64,000 nt of DNA from Candidatus Marinacidobacterales bacterium (lineage in GTDB: Bacteria > Acidobacteriota > Vicinamibacteria > Marinacidobacterales > DATDRI01). Both the position numbers and the translations under genes were made by a program. Numbering within the stretch: the stretch's first letter is position 1; every line of letters starts with the position of its first letter. The notes under the pieces were generated by a model that was given only the letters and a program-made list of their open reading frames with translations, did no database searches and was not told where the DNA came from. Where the stretch lies: contig OZ244742.1 of the NCBI GenBank assembly GCA_965219415.1, positions 960,001 to 1,024,000 on the forward strand, given 5' to 3'. Shown one piece after another: positions 21,547 to 31,854 of this stretch.

Positions 21547-23235
21547 CTACCTGGAAGAGCTCGGCCTGGAACCCTCTTTCTTGGGCTGCCGTGACAAGAA
21601 GATCTCGAGCATCTCTTTGGTCTCTGGCCTAAGGTTTTCGATTCCTTCGTAGGGCGGTGCATGAGTAGGACCCCGGTCGGGGTACTTCATCTTCATCATC
21701 ATGTGCCGCTTGACCATGTTGGCGAATTGCCCGCCAGCCCACGGACCGTATTTGATCGAATCGATCGGGCGCTCTTCCCGGGGATCGCGGTAGAGATCGA
21801 AGATCGCCGCTGCGATCGGGTTCGATCCGGGAGGGGGCACATGCATCTTGTACTTGTTCCTGACGACCGATTTGAGGACGGTCCCCTCGTAGATATGCAC
21901 GTAGTCCCGGCGCCCGTGCCCCTCGCCGAGTAGCAACACTCCGCTCTGGTCCAGACCGTCGATGAGTCTGTCGCGGGGGACGCCGTTCATCGTGTTGGCC
22001 AGGCGAGCGAACGTGGTGAACAGGTCGGAGACGTGGATGATGTCCCCGGCATACGATCCGGCCTCGATGACGCCCGGCCAGCGTACGAAGGCGTTGACTC
22101 GCACACCGCCTTCCAGGTGGTCGGCCTTACCGCCGCGATAGATACGATCTGACTGGCCCGACGCCCCGGCGTACTGCATGAAAGGTCCGTTGTCACCCAT
22201 CACGATGACGATCGTATTGTCAGCAATGCCCAGATTGTCCACCTCGGCGACGATGTCTCCGATCCACCCGTCGACCTCGGCGATACTCGCCGGAATGGTC
22301 CCGCCATTGAGGGTAAGGGCTCCGGTATCGTCACGGTTGAAGACAAGGGGTGCCAGTGGCCAGTAGTTCAAGAAGAAGGGCTTGTCCTGCTTGGCGAGCG
22401 AGCGAAGCTGCTCCAGGGCATGATCTTGGTAACGCTGATTCATCTCCTTGTACTTCTGCTGATTCCACTGTTCGCCGGGCTGCAGATCGACCTCGTACAG
22501 CTTCCCGTCACGCACTTCGACGCCGGTGACCATCGCGCTGGGGCTGGCAACAAAGGTGCGATCCAGAGTAAAGGTCTGTGCCTCGTTGGCCGGGTTGACA
22601 CCACGAATGACGTCTGCCGCCTCGGCGTCTTCGTGCATGATGGCAAGCTGTCCCTGCTGGTGAATCGGGAACTCGGCATGCATGAAACCCTGGTTGTGGG
22701 CATAGGCCTGCGCGATATCACCCATATGCCACTTGCCTACATGCGAAGTGTTGTAGCCGGCATCCCTGAGCACTTCGGCGATCGTGACTTCATCTCCAGG
22801 CAATCCGTCGCCAGCGATCGTTGCTTTCGCTTCGGTCAGCCCCGTCCGGATAGGGTAGCGTCCAGTCATCATCGCCACGCGGGTGGGTGTACAGGAGGGC
22901 TCTGTGTACATCCGCTGGAGGCTCATACCCTGCCTGGCAAGAGCACTGATATTGGGTGTGTTGTAGCCGCGGACGACACTAAAGTCGGGCATTCCGATCT
23001 CGCCGAAACCCAGATCATCGAGCAGGATGTAGACGATGTTGGGTGGCTTGCCGCCGTTACGCGTGCGAATCTCCGTCAATCTAGCCTCGATTGCCAGATC
23101 GTCCGACGCCCAGCGTTCGCCGTTCTGGGCCGCCAAAATGTAGTACTCGGCGTCGTGCACGATTTGTGCGGTGGCCGGTATGACTCCCCAAGTCGCAAGA
23201 GCCAACACAGCAAAGAGAATGCTTTTCTTCGTCAC
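21547..23235 (-). CDS. Arylsulfatase (formylglycine-dependent sulfatase)
   Basis: PNIVYILLDDLG, SCTPTRVAMMTGR (CxPxR), GKWHMG, GDNG; GTG start with GAGGAGG. Confidence 0.92.
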   Translation of the reverse strand: MTKKSILFAVLALATWGVIPATAQIVHDAEYYILAAQNGERWASDDLAIEARLTEIRTRNGGKPPNIVYILLDDLGFGEIGMPDFSVVRGYNTPNISALARQGMSLQRMYTEPSCTPTRVAMMTGRYPIRTGLTEAKATIAGDGLPGDEVTIAEVLRDAGYNTSHVGKWHMGDIAQAYAHNQGFMHAEFPIHQQGQLAIMHEDAEAADVIRGVNPANEAQTFTLDRTFVASPSAMVTGVEVRDGKLYEVDLQPGEQWNQQKYKEMNQRYQDHALEQLRSLAKQDKPFFLNYWPLAPLVFNRDDTGALTLNGGTIPASIAEVDGWIGDIVAEVDNLGIADNTIVIVMGDNGPFMQYAGASGQSDRIYRGGKADHLEGGVRVNAFVRWPGVIEAGSYAGDIIHVSDLFTTFARLANTMNGVPRDRLIDGLDQSGVLLLGEGHGRRDYVHIYEGTVLKSVVRNKYKMHVPPPGSNPIAAAIFDLYRDPREERPIDSIKYGPWAGGQFANMVKRHMMMKMKYPDRGPTHAPPYEGIENLRPETKEMLEIFLSRQPKKEGSRPSSSR

Positions 23236-23370
23236 TTTTTCCTCCTCTATCGCGATGGAAGACAAATGAAAGATGTGCGCATTTTTCGAATCTCGTCATC
23301 CAAAACTTCCACCCAACGCGAGATCACCTGAGCCTCCTTACCATCTGCCAGATTGCTCCTAGGATCTGCT

Positions 23371-23890
23371 CTAGCTAGCCGGCTTGGGTGGGTACTTCTT
23401 GAACATCTTTTCCATGGACTTGTTGATTTTCTTCTCGTTCTTCTCCGGCTTGTCACTGACGGTGTCGGTAGCTGTGCCCCGCCAGACGAGGTTTTTCGTC
23501 TCCGCATCCCAGATGTCGACGACAAGCGTTCCCTTCAAGTAGGTTTGAGTGGTGGCGGTGGTCGTGCCTCCACCCGCCCACCCTCGCCGATATCCATATC
23601 CATACGAGGATGCCGTCACTCTTACCTCTTGTTTCCCGGAGGCGTGGTAGGTCACGTAGACGTCCGGATCGTCTTCGACCTTCGTCAAACCCTTCTTGGA
23701 CAGCTGCTCCGCGATGGCGTCTACGATGCGTTCGTGCATGAGTGGATTCGGGACCGCAACCCCCGGCTGGTAGTCATAGGATCGACACTTCGAAAAATCC
23801 GCCTGGTCATCGAAGTCGACGTTGACCTTCTGTGCCAGGCAAGGCGCCGCAACCAAAACCATGACGGCGAATAGAACTCAGCTTTTTCAT
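23371..23890 (-). CDS. DUF4136-domain protein (probable frameshift in signal peptide)
   Basis: GTLVVDIWDAETKNLVWRGTA..MFKKYPP; ATG at 23890 with GGAGG is out of frame with the main ORF. Confidence 0.8.
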
Positions 23891-24227
23891 GTTCTCCTCC
23901 TACCTATGTCTTTGTTTTCTGGCCTCACATCTTTGCGAGCGCCCTCACGTGGGCGCTCGAGGTGAGCGAGGGAAGCTCGAGAAAGAAGGCGGCATTAATG
24001 GAGCCCCGAAATTCTTCGCACAATCCGTAAAAATACGGGTTTTCTCTACCGTATATGTCCCGGAATTCTTCGAATCTGCGTATATGACAACAATTTGGAT
24101 TGCAAATTGCCACGATCTGACGACACCGTTGTGTGCTCGTTGCTGGGCTCCTCCCCACTACACGAAGAACTCAAGCGAAATCCGCCAAGCAAGCTCCTCC
24201 GGACCCCTTGGTGGTAGGCTATGCGGC

Positions 24228-24503
24228 GTGAGTACCGCTTCCGAGGCCACCCAGATTCTCATTGCCCTAAGCGGCGGAGACCGTTCCTGTGTGAACCGGC
24301 TCATGGAGCTGGTCTACGGGGAGCGGTTCGCCACCGGATGAGCTCGACGAGCTCGTGGTCCGTTGCCTGGCGAGAGATCCGAAGGATCGTCCTCAATCCG
24401 TCGATGTGATTATTGAGGTCCTGGACCGCCTAGCCGAATCCATCCGTGGAGCCAGGAAGAGGCCCGCAATTGGTGGACACCCCACCGAGCGGTCGCGTCC
24501 TGA
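24228..24503 (+). pseudogene. Deletion remnant: ECF sigma factor N-terminus joined to Ser/Thr kinase C-terminus
   Basis: ATQILIALSGGDRSCVNRLMELVYGE followed by PDELDELVVRCLARDPKDRPQS..PWSQEEARNWW. Confidence 0.65.
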
Positions 24504-24588
24504 ACTTAGGAGCCGCTGGGACTAGCGACACCGGGTGCATCTGGCCAATCACCTTTGTAAACCTTGGGTTAGCAGTTATACTAATGGT

Positions 24589-24825
24589 ATGAAGACGGCG
24601 ATCTCGATTCCAGACAAGATTTTCAAGAAGGCGGACCGACTCGCCCGCCGACTGGGCATTTCTCGAAGTCAGCTTTACAGGGAAGCCGTCGAGGCTTACG
24701 TAAACCGACGCCGGCCGGAATCGATCACGGAAGCCATGAATCGGGTGGTGGACGAAGTTGGTCCCTCCGGGGACGATTTCGTCTCAGCTGCAGCTGGTAA
24801 TGTGTTGGAACGGGCGGAGTGGTAG
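24589..24825 (+). CDS. RHH antitoxin (ChpI/CopG-like), probably leaderless
   Basis: MKTAISIPDKIFKKADRLARRLGISRSQLY; TTGTAA-16-TATACT ends 6 nt before the ATG. Confidence 0.85.
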   Translation: MKTAISIPDKIFKKADRLARRLGISRSQLYREAVEAYVNRRRPESITEAMNRVVDEVGPSGDDFVSAAAGNVLERAEW

Positions 24826-25163
24826 TTCGCCAAGGCGACGTGTGGTGGGCCGACCTCCCCGCGCCGGCCGGTTCCAGACCAGGGTTCCGACGTCCAGTCT
24901 TAGTTGTTCAGGGCGACCCGCTGAACCGCAGCCGACTGGCAACCGTGGTGTGTGTGCCACTCACCAGCAATCTCAAATGGCAGGATGCCCCTGGCAACGT
25001 ACTCCTTGGGCAACGTGCATCAGGACTCCCGAAAGATTCTGTAGCGAACGTCTCGCAGATCATCGCCGTCGACCGCGCTTTCTTCACGGACCAAGTGGGG
25101 CGAATACCGAGTCGCTTACTCGCACAAGTCGTGGAGGGTATCGACGTTATCCTGGATCGGTGA
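24819..25163 (+). CDS. mazF: PemK/MazF toxin
   Basis: QGDVWWADL..RRPVLVVQ..VPLTSN..DSVANVSQI. Confidence 0.92.
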   Translation: MVVRQGDVWWADLPAPAGSRPGFRRPVLVVQGDPLNRSRLATVVCVPLTSNLKWQDAPGNVLLGQRASGLPKDSVANVSQIIAVDRAFFTDQVGRIPSRLLAQVVEGIDVILDR

Positions 25164-25234
25164 GCAGTTTTCCCCAACCGTGGAGCCAGGAAGGGGCCCG
25201 TAGTTGGTGGACACACCAACGAGCGGTAGCGTCC

Positions 25235-25596
25235 TGAGCGGGCAACGCGTTCTCATCGAAGGCATCGGGGGTGTTGGTGGTGTCTTAGCCGCCAAGATGA
25301 TCCGGGACGGCCACTCCCCAACATTGGTAACCGGCAACTCAGAGATCACCGAAGCTATCAATCGTAGCGGTCTGGATCTGACCACCTCAGACAACGAGTT
25401 CATCGTTCCTGCCCGAGCTTTCACTTCCCTATCGGAGTTACCGACGGGCGCGAAGTTCGACGCTGCCTATCTCCTCATGAAAGCGAATGGCGTCGTTGCG
25501 CCGGTCAACGAAACTGTCGTGCGCCTCGTGAAAGAGATCGAACAAGGTCGGCGCTCCATCGACCCCCGGAATCTCGAGGAGATCCCTCAGTCCTGA
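25235..25596 (+). pseudogene. Ketopantoate reductase-like gene with a large internal deletion
   Basis: Rossmann GIGGVGG..LLMKANGV joined directly to C-terminal APVNETVVRLVKEIE; start approximate. Confidence 0.65.
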
Positions 25597-26738
25597 GAAG
25601 CGCTCTCTACGAGCCGGCCGTATTTCCGCAGCACGGCCCGCAGGTCGTCGTGTGGGAGCGCGACCACCTTGTGGTTGTCTCGTCCCACTATGGTTTCCGC
25701 CGCCACCAAGGCATTAATGATGGCCTCCTCGGTGGCTTCGACCGTCGCCGCGAATACCGGACCGAGTCTTCCATTAGGAAGCATCTCCAACTGCGCCATG
25801 TCTTTCGCCCCCGCCGCGCCAGGATTGGCCGTCGAAAAGGCTATGAAGATATCGCCCGATCCGTTGCCGGAGATACTCCCGGTTCTAGCTAGGCCGAGGG
25901 CGGCGCGCCGGCCGAGACGTTTCACTTGATGTGCAAGCAGGGGGGCATCGGTCGCGACCACAATAATGATGGAACCCTCTCGCTGTGGCCCGGGACGACC
26001 CCAAGAGGGGCAAGGCACCTCGTCGCAGCCAAGCTCTTGCCCAACCGGGACCCCGGCGACTCAGAGCAAGGGTCTCGAACCAAAATTCGACTGCACTAGG
26101 ACACCGACAGTGTAGCCTCCCTGATCGGCGCTTGGCTTCCGCGATGAGGTCCCGATGCCGCCTTTGAAACCGTAGGTGTTCATGCCGGTTCCACCGCCGA
26201 CATTCCCCTCCGGAACCGCGCCTGACGCCGCGGCACCGAGAGCCTCGAAAGCGTGCCCGGCTTTTACGTGAAAGCCGTTGATATCGTTCAGCCAGCCATC
26301 ATAAGTCTCCGCCACAACCGGCAGAGACCATGGTTGAAAGAGAAAGTCTTCCTTTGCCTGCCATTGAATGATCGTGTCCCGAACGACGCCCACGCTGTGA
26401 GTGTTGGTGATCGCGATGGGACCTTCGAGAAACCCGGACTCTTCCACCCACGTCGTACCGGTCATCTCGCCGTTGCCGTTGAGCGAAAACCAGCCGGCGA
26501 AGACGGGATCTTTTGATCCTTTCCCTCTTGGAAGAACGACCGTCACACCAGTGCGTACCGCCTCACCTTCGATAAGCGTAGTGTGACCGACCTCCAAGCC
26601 GGCCACGTCGGTAATGGCGTTGAGAGCGCCCGGCGTCCCTTCGAAGGGAATTCCCAAGTCGCGCGCTCGCGGTTTCGTCTCGGCCCAAGTCGATTGGGCA
26701 TAGAAAAACACCAGAATAAGCCAAACCATGGATTTCAT
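25587..26738 (-). pseudogene. dmpA: DmpA / P1-family (S58) aminopeptidase, frameshifted near 26060
   Basis: RARDLG, NAITDV, NGNGEMTG, PVVAET, GSGDIFIAFSTAN. Confidence 0.85.
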
Positions 26739-26751
26739 TTCGTTCTCCTGT

Positions 26752-28530
26752 TTAGGAAACGAGGTTTTTGTGCTGATAGAGACGGCGGTCGTAGAATCCG
26801 AGGCGGCGGTAGTACTCCCTGGTGCCCACGCTCGAGATGACGGCCAATCTCGCAAAGCCAGCCTGGCGAGCCAACTCTTCGGCTCGGCCGATAAGACTTC
26901 GACCCAAACCGAGGTGCTGAGTCTTGAGCTCGTCCTTCTCGCCAAGGCGGGCGGTCGCACCGTAGACGTGCACTTCTCGGATCATGGCGCTTCCACGGAT
27001 CTCTTCGATGAATGCCTCACGCGTAGGCAGAGCGAGCCGTAGGAATCCGGCGATGCGGCGATCTTCATCGATGTACTGAAGAAAAATTTCTTCCCCGATG
27101 GAGCTCTCGTAGCGAACCTCGTCCAGCCGAAGCCTTTCGGCCGGGACACGCTCACCCCGGATCTCGCGACTCCGAATGTCTTCGCACTGGAATCCTCTTG
27201 CCGTCAACTCGGCTTCGGCGATGCCGCGGAAGTTCGACGTCTTGTTGCCATCCAAGATATCGTCGCCCGGGATGTCGCGGATCACGCGACTCACGCGGCA
27301 ATAACCTGGTACTCGCCGTAGACACTCGACCAGAACATGGAGAAGCTCGTCGTGAGTGTAGGGCTTCCACTTCCCCGCCTCGTAGGGAACCATCAACTCG
27401 GCGCTTTCGATCAAACTGCAGGGATAGATCTTGAGCTCGTCCGGTCGAAAGTCGAGGTCGCTAAAAAGACGGTCGAAGTCCTCGACGTCACCTTCCGGGG
27501 AGGAGCCGTAGAGGTTCGGCATCCAGTGAGCCTGGATTTTGAAACCGGCCTCCCGCAGCATTCGAACCGCTCTTCGGGTGGTCGCCACGTCGTGGCCTCG
27601 CTTGTTGAGCGACAGGACTTCGTCCGAAAGGCTCTGAATACCGATCTGCACTCTCGTCGCCCCGAGGCTTCGAATCCTCTCGACCTCCTCCTCGGAGACG
27701 TAGTCGGGCCGCGTCTCGACGGAAAGCCCAATGCATCGATGGCGGGCGGTCTCGTTCGCGCGCTGCACCTCCTCGAGTGCTTCAATTGTGGAGAACTCCG
27801 ATTCATGCACCAGCTCGCCGTTTTCCTTGGAGCGCAGGAATCCGGAAACGATGTCGTTATAAGGGTTGGACTCGAACCGACCGTCTACTTGCTCGCGGAG
27901 CTCTTCGTAGTGGACGCGATGTCGTACGGCGCCGTTCGAAGACTCCCCTGCACCGAAGTCGTTCATCGCTTCGAAACATCGACGAATGAACCAACGTTGG
28001 TAGCCTTCAGGATAGAAAGACCACGTCCCCCCCAGAATAATGAGCTCGATCTTCTCGAGACGGTGGCCCATCCGTCGTAGCGCTCCAAGCCGAGAGAGCG
28101 TCTGCTCATAGGGATCGAAGGCGTGCTGGGCGGCCCGCTGTGCACCCGGCTCCAAGGACAGATAGCTCTTGGGCATCCGCACATCGTTGGGACAGAAAAT
28201 GCATTGACCGGGGCAGGGAAACGGTTTGGTCAGGACCGTTACGGGGGTGACGCCGCTCAGCGTGCGCACCGGCTTCATCTTGAGTTTCTCGATGAACCGA
28301 TCGGCGTCGCTCGACCATCCCTCCTGCTCGGCCAAGTGACGATAGCCCTGGATGATCTCGCTCTTGGAGAAAAACTCCCTGCCGCCCTTGGGATATTTTC
28401 CGAGTATTCGGTCGAGCGTCTTCCCATGAACGTCGGGACAGTTCTCGATCTCTTGGATGATGGCTCGGAGCTCCGCCTCATGAAGCTCGGGCGCAAAATG
28501 ATACGGTGTCAACCACGTCGCTTTTTTCAT
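26752..28530 (-). CDS. elp3: Elp3-type radical SAM/KAT tRNA uridine(34) acetyltransferase
   Basis: KPVRTLSGV, CPGQCIFCP, GGTW, ETRPD, KIYP, RVIRDIP, IREVHVYG, QHLGLG, VGTREYYRRLG. Confidence 0.92.
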   Translation of the reverse strand: MKKATWLTPYHFAPELHEAELRAIIQEIENCPDVHGKTLDRILGKYPKGGREFFSKSEIIQGYRHLAEQEGWSSDADRFIEKLKMKPVRTLSGVTPVTVLTKPFPCPGQCIFCPNDVRMPKSYLSLEPGAQRAAQHAFDPYEQTLSRLGALRRMGHRLEKIELIILGGTWSFYPEGYQRWFIRRCFEAMNDFGAGESSNGAVRHRVHYEELREQVDGRFESNPYNDIVSGFLRSKENGELVHESEFSTIEALEEVQRANETARHRCIGLSVETRPDYVSEEEVERIRSLGATRVQIGIQSLSDEVLSLNKRGHDVATTRRAVRMLREAGFKIQAHWMPNLYGSSPEGDVEDFDRLFSDLDFRPDELKIYPCSLIESAELMVPYEAGKWKPYTHDELLHVLVECLRRVPGYCRVSRVIRDIPGDDILDGNKTSNFRGIAEAELTARGFQCEDIRSREIRGERVPAERLRLDEVRYESSIGEEIFLQYIDEDRRIAGFLRLALPTREAFIEEIRGSAMIREVHVYGATARLGEKDELKTQHLGLGRSLIGRAEELARQAGFARLAVISSVGTREYYRRLGFYDRRLYQHKNLVS

Positions 28531-28541
28531 ACACTCAGCCG

Positions 28542-29285
28542 ATGGATCGGGCCACTATTTTAGCACTCAACCAGACCAACCGAGATTTCTACACCCAGCG
28601 GGCCGACGAATTTAGCGCCACGCGACGGAGGCCCTGGCGGGGATGGCTCCGGCTGCTGCCATTCATTGGGGAAAGGCGGGCGCTCTCGGTCCTCGATGTC
28701 GGCTGCGGCAACGGGCGATTCGCCGTCTTTCTCAGCGAGCATCTAGAATCGCCGTTTAGCTACGTGGGAGTCGAATTCAGTCCGACGGTGCTCGAGCACG
28801 CTCGCTCGAAGCTGTCCGACCTTCCTTTCATTACGCTGAAAGAGCACGACGTGATGGCAGGAATCAACGAACTAACCGGCCCGTTTTCGCTGATCACGCT
28901 CTTCGGCTTTCTCCATCACGCGCCCGGCTTTGACACTCGACGCTCGTTGCTCATCGAGCTCGGCCGTCTACTGGAACCCGACGGGATCCTCGCCTTCTCG
29001 GTTTGGCAATTCGGCCGCTTCGAGAGATTTCGAAAGAAGCTCATTCCTTGGGATACGTTCCTCGCCTCGACTGGGGTCGAGATCGACCCATCCCAGCTCG
29101 AGCCGGGCGATCACATTCTGTCTTGGGGAGATACGGAGCCGGCTTATCGCTATTGCCATTTCACCGACAGCGACGAAACGTCGCGGCTGGTGTCCTCCCA
29201 GCCGCTGGAGTGTTTCGAGGTCTTTACCGCGGACGGGCGCACGAATGATCTCAATCAGTACTTCCTTTTGAAGCGCCCAGGCTAG
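28542..29285 (+). CDS. Class I SAM methyltransferase, Trm9/ALKBH8-like
   Basis: FY..ADEFSATRRRPW, LDVGCGNGR, LHH, SVW, RYCH. Confidence 0.8.
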   Translation: MDRATILALNQTNRDFYTQRADEFSATRRRPWRGWLRLLPFIGERRALSVLDVGCGNGRFAVFLSEHLESPFSYVGVEFSPTVLEHARSKLSDLPFITLKEHDVMAGINELTGPFSLITLFGFLHHAPGFDTRRSLLIELGRLLEPDGILAFSVWQFGRFERFRKKLIPWDTFLASTGVEIDPSQLEPGDHILSWGDTEPAYRYCHFTDSDETSRLVSSQPLECFEVFTADGRTNDLNQYFLLKRPG

Positions 29286-30814
29286 CCTCGTGAATCGCCC
29301 GCACCGCGTCCAACGTGTCCGCTTCTTGCGGTGACTTGTCGGGGCGGTAGCCCTTGACGCGCGCGAAACGAAGCGCGAGGCCAGCGGGATACTGACGGCT
29401 TGCCTGGATATCGTTGAACTCGATTTCCACCACCAGTTCCGGTCGGACGTAGACCGTGAAGTGGTCGCGTGATGTTTCTAACTCCTGCCGTTTCGTTTGC
29501 CATTCCAGTATCTCGTCCGTCATTCCCTTGAAGGTTTTGCCTAACATCACCGGTTCGCCCGTCGCCGGGTCAGGTGCTCCGAGGTGCAAGTTGCTGAGCC
29601 ATCCGCGGCGGCGACCGCTCCCCCACTCCGCGGCCATGACGATGAGATCGAGCGTGTGCGCCCGCTTTACTTTTAGCCAGCTTCGACCGCGCCCGCCCGC
29701 CTCATACGGTGCGTCCAACGCTTTCGCCATTACCCCTTCGTGTCCCGCGTCGAGGGCCTGACGTTCGAAGGCAACGGCCTCGTCCCGCTCGGCCGTCACT
29801 ATTCGAGGAACCAAATGCCCCGCGGGAACCGCGTTCGAGAGGGCCACGTAACGCTCCTCGGCCGAGCGGTCGACCCAGCTCGCTCCATCTAGATATAGAC
29901 AATCGAAGAAAAATGTCGTGAGGGGCAGTTCTTCGCGCATCGCCGCGACGTCGAGTCGGCGCCCAAACCTGCGCATCGTAGTTTGAAACGGCAGCGGTGA
30001 ACCATCCGAGCGTAGCGCCAGCGTCTCCCCGTCCAAAATGATCTCCTCCGCCGACAACGCGCGCAGCATCTCTACAATCTCGGGCACTGCATCCGTGACG
30101 TCGTTCAAACGGCGTGTGAAGATCCGAACGTCTTCTCCTCGCTTGTGAGCCTGAACGCGCGCGCCGTCCAACTTGAACTCGAATGCCGCGGTTGCCAAAT
30201 GCTCGAGCGCCTCCGATACGGATTCGGCGGTCTGCGCCAGCATGGGTTTGATGGGGCGGAAGAGCTGGATGCCGATGCGCTCCAAACCCGCTGCTCCCCC
30301 GGTGAGAGCGGTTCGGGCGACCGCTCCGAGATCACCGGAGAACATGACCGCCCGGCGTACGGTTCGCGCCGGAACTTCAGAAGCCTTGGCCACCGCCTCC
30401 ACCATCACACCCTCCAAAGCGCCCTGGCGGAGCTCGCCCATGATCAGCCGCGTAAAGGAACGTCTGCTCGTCCTTGGTCCCGCGCGCAAGCAAACGATGG
30501 AGAATCAGGCCCCGGCCCGCGGAGGAGCCGCGGCCGGTCGTGCCGGCGATGGCATCGAAGGAACGGTCGACGTCGAGAAGGTTTAGTCTTGGACTATCGG
30601 CGGCGGTCTTCGGAGTTGCATTCCGTACTCCGGACCAACCGACGCCGATCCGCCCCTGGGGAAGCTCTCCCGTGAGAAAGAGAACCCCAACGGCGATCTC
30701 GTTCTCGGCAAGGCGTTTCAGGAGCTCCGCCAGGAGCCCGATCTTTTCGAGCCGGCCGCTCGTCTCCGAGACCCGCCTAGAAGTCTCAACCAAATCGCCT
30801 AGTTGCACCGTCAT
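29251..30814 (-). CDS. ATP-dependent DNA ligase (LigB-type); 1-nt frameshift near 30455, possibly a sequencing error
   Basis: EFKLDG, EGVMAK, WLKVK, LRFARV. Confidence 0.88.
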
Positions 30815-30872
30815 CAAGTGTAGCGCTTTCGGGTAGACGAGAGACTGCGGCTTCCTTCATACTGACTCCCCC

Positions 30873-31838
30873 ATGGAACCTGCCACGAGACCTTCGCTCG
30901 AAGACATTAGGCAGGCCGCAGACCGCATACGCGGCGTGATCGTCGAGACGCCGCTGGTGCCGCTTCATTCCTTCGAGTCGACCGGCGACATTCTACTCAA
31001 ACCCGAAATCCATCAGGCGGTGACTTCGTTCAAGTTGCGCGGCGTATTCAACGCCGTCGCCTCTCTCAGTGATGACGAGCGCCAGAAAGGGCTGAGTACC
31101 GTAAGCGCCGGCAACACCGCACAGGCTCTGGCCTGGGCGGCGCGCTATTTCGGGGTTCCGGCGAGGAGCCTGATGCCCGAGACCGCCCCGCGCACCAAGA
31201 TTGAAGCCGTCCGTGCCTACGGTGCGACGCCGGAGCTGGTGCCGGTCAACGAACTCTTCCGCTATCTTCGCGAGCACGGTTGGGAATCCGAACCGTATGC
31301 CTACATTCATCCATGGACCAATCAGAACGTTATGATCGGCCACGCGAGTATCGGGCTCGAGATCCTCGCCGACTATCCGGATGTCGACTCTGTGTTCGTT
31401 TCGGTGGGTGGTGGCGGTTTGATCGCAGGAGTCGCAAGCGCGCTCAAAACGCTCAAGCCTTCGGTGAAGGTGATCGCCGTGGAGCCGCAAGGTTGCCCGT
31501 CACTTCATGCGAGCCTCGAAGCAGGGAAACCCACGTCGGTTGATTGCGATACGATTTGTGACGGTGTCGCGGTCCCTTACATCACGGAAGAGATGTTTCC
31601 CCTCTTGCGCGAGCTCGTCGACGAAGCTGTGCTGGTCTCCGAGACCGACGTCAAGCGCATGATTCGCCGCTTGGCGCTCGGCAACAAGATGATCGTGGAA
31701 GGCGCCGGCGCGCTCTCAGCCGCGGCGGCGATTGCCATGCCTCAGGAGAAGAGAGGCAAGTGCGTGGCAGTGATATCCGGCGGAAGCATCGACAGCGACA
31801 AACTCACAGCGATCCTCAACGACCCGTCTTTGGACTAA
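30873..31838 (+). CDS. PLP-dependent threonine/serine dehydratase family enzyme
   Basis: SFKLRG, SAGN, VGGGGL, ISGGS. Confidence 0.88.
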   Translation: MEPATRPSLEDIRQAADRIRGVIVETPLVPLHSFESTGDILLKPEIHQAVTSFKLRGVFNAVASLSDDERQKGLSTVSAGNTAQALAWAARYFGVPARSLMPETAPRTKIEAVRAYGATPELVPVNELFRYLREHGWESEPYAYIHPWTNQNVMIGHASIGLEILADYPDVDSVFVSVGGGGLIAGVASALKTLKPSVKVIAVEPQGCPSLHASLEAGKPTSVDCDTICDGVAVPYITEEMFPLLRELVDEAVLVSETDVKRMIRRLALGNKMIVEGAGALSAAAAIAMPQEKRGKCVAVISGGSIDSDKLTAILNDPSLD

Positions 31839-31854
31839 GCGTTACGAATCTACC

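Larger units (their letters stand above)
24444..25237 (+). repeat. 60-bp direct repeats flanking MazEF
   Basis: 24444-24503 vs 25178-25237, 54/60 identical by manual alignment. Confidence 0.9.

Noticed and set aside
30440-30470. Programmed frameshifting in the DNA ligase, GGDEF-PilZ and ABC permease genes
   Set aside because: Single-base indels, mostly in short homopolymers, with no slippery heptamer or stimulator; sequencing error or decay is simpler
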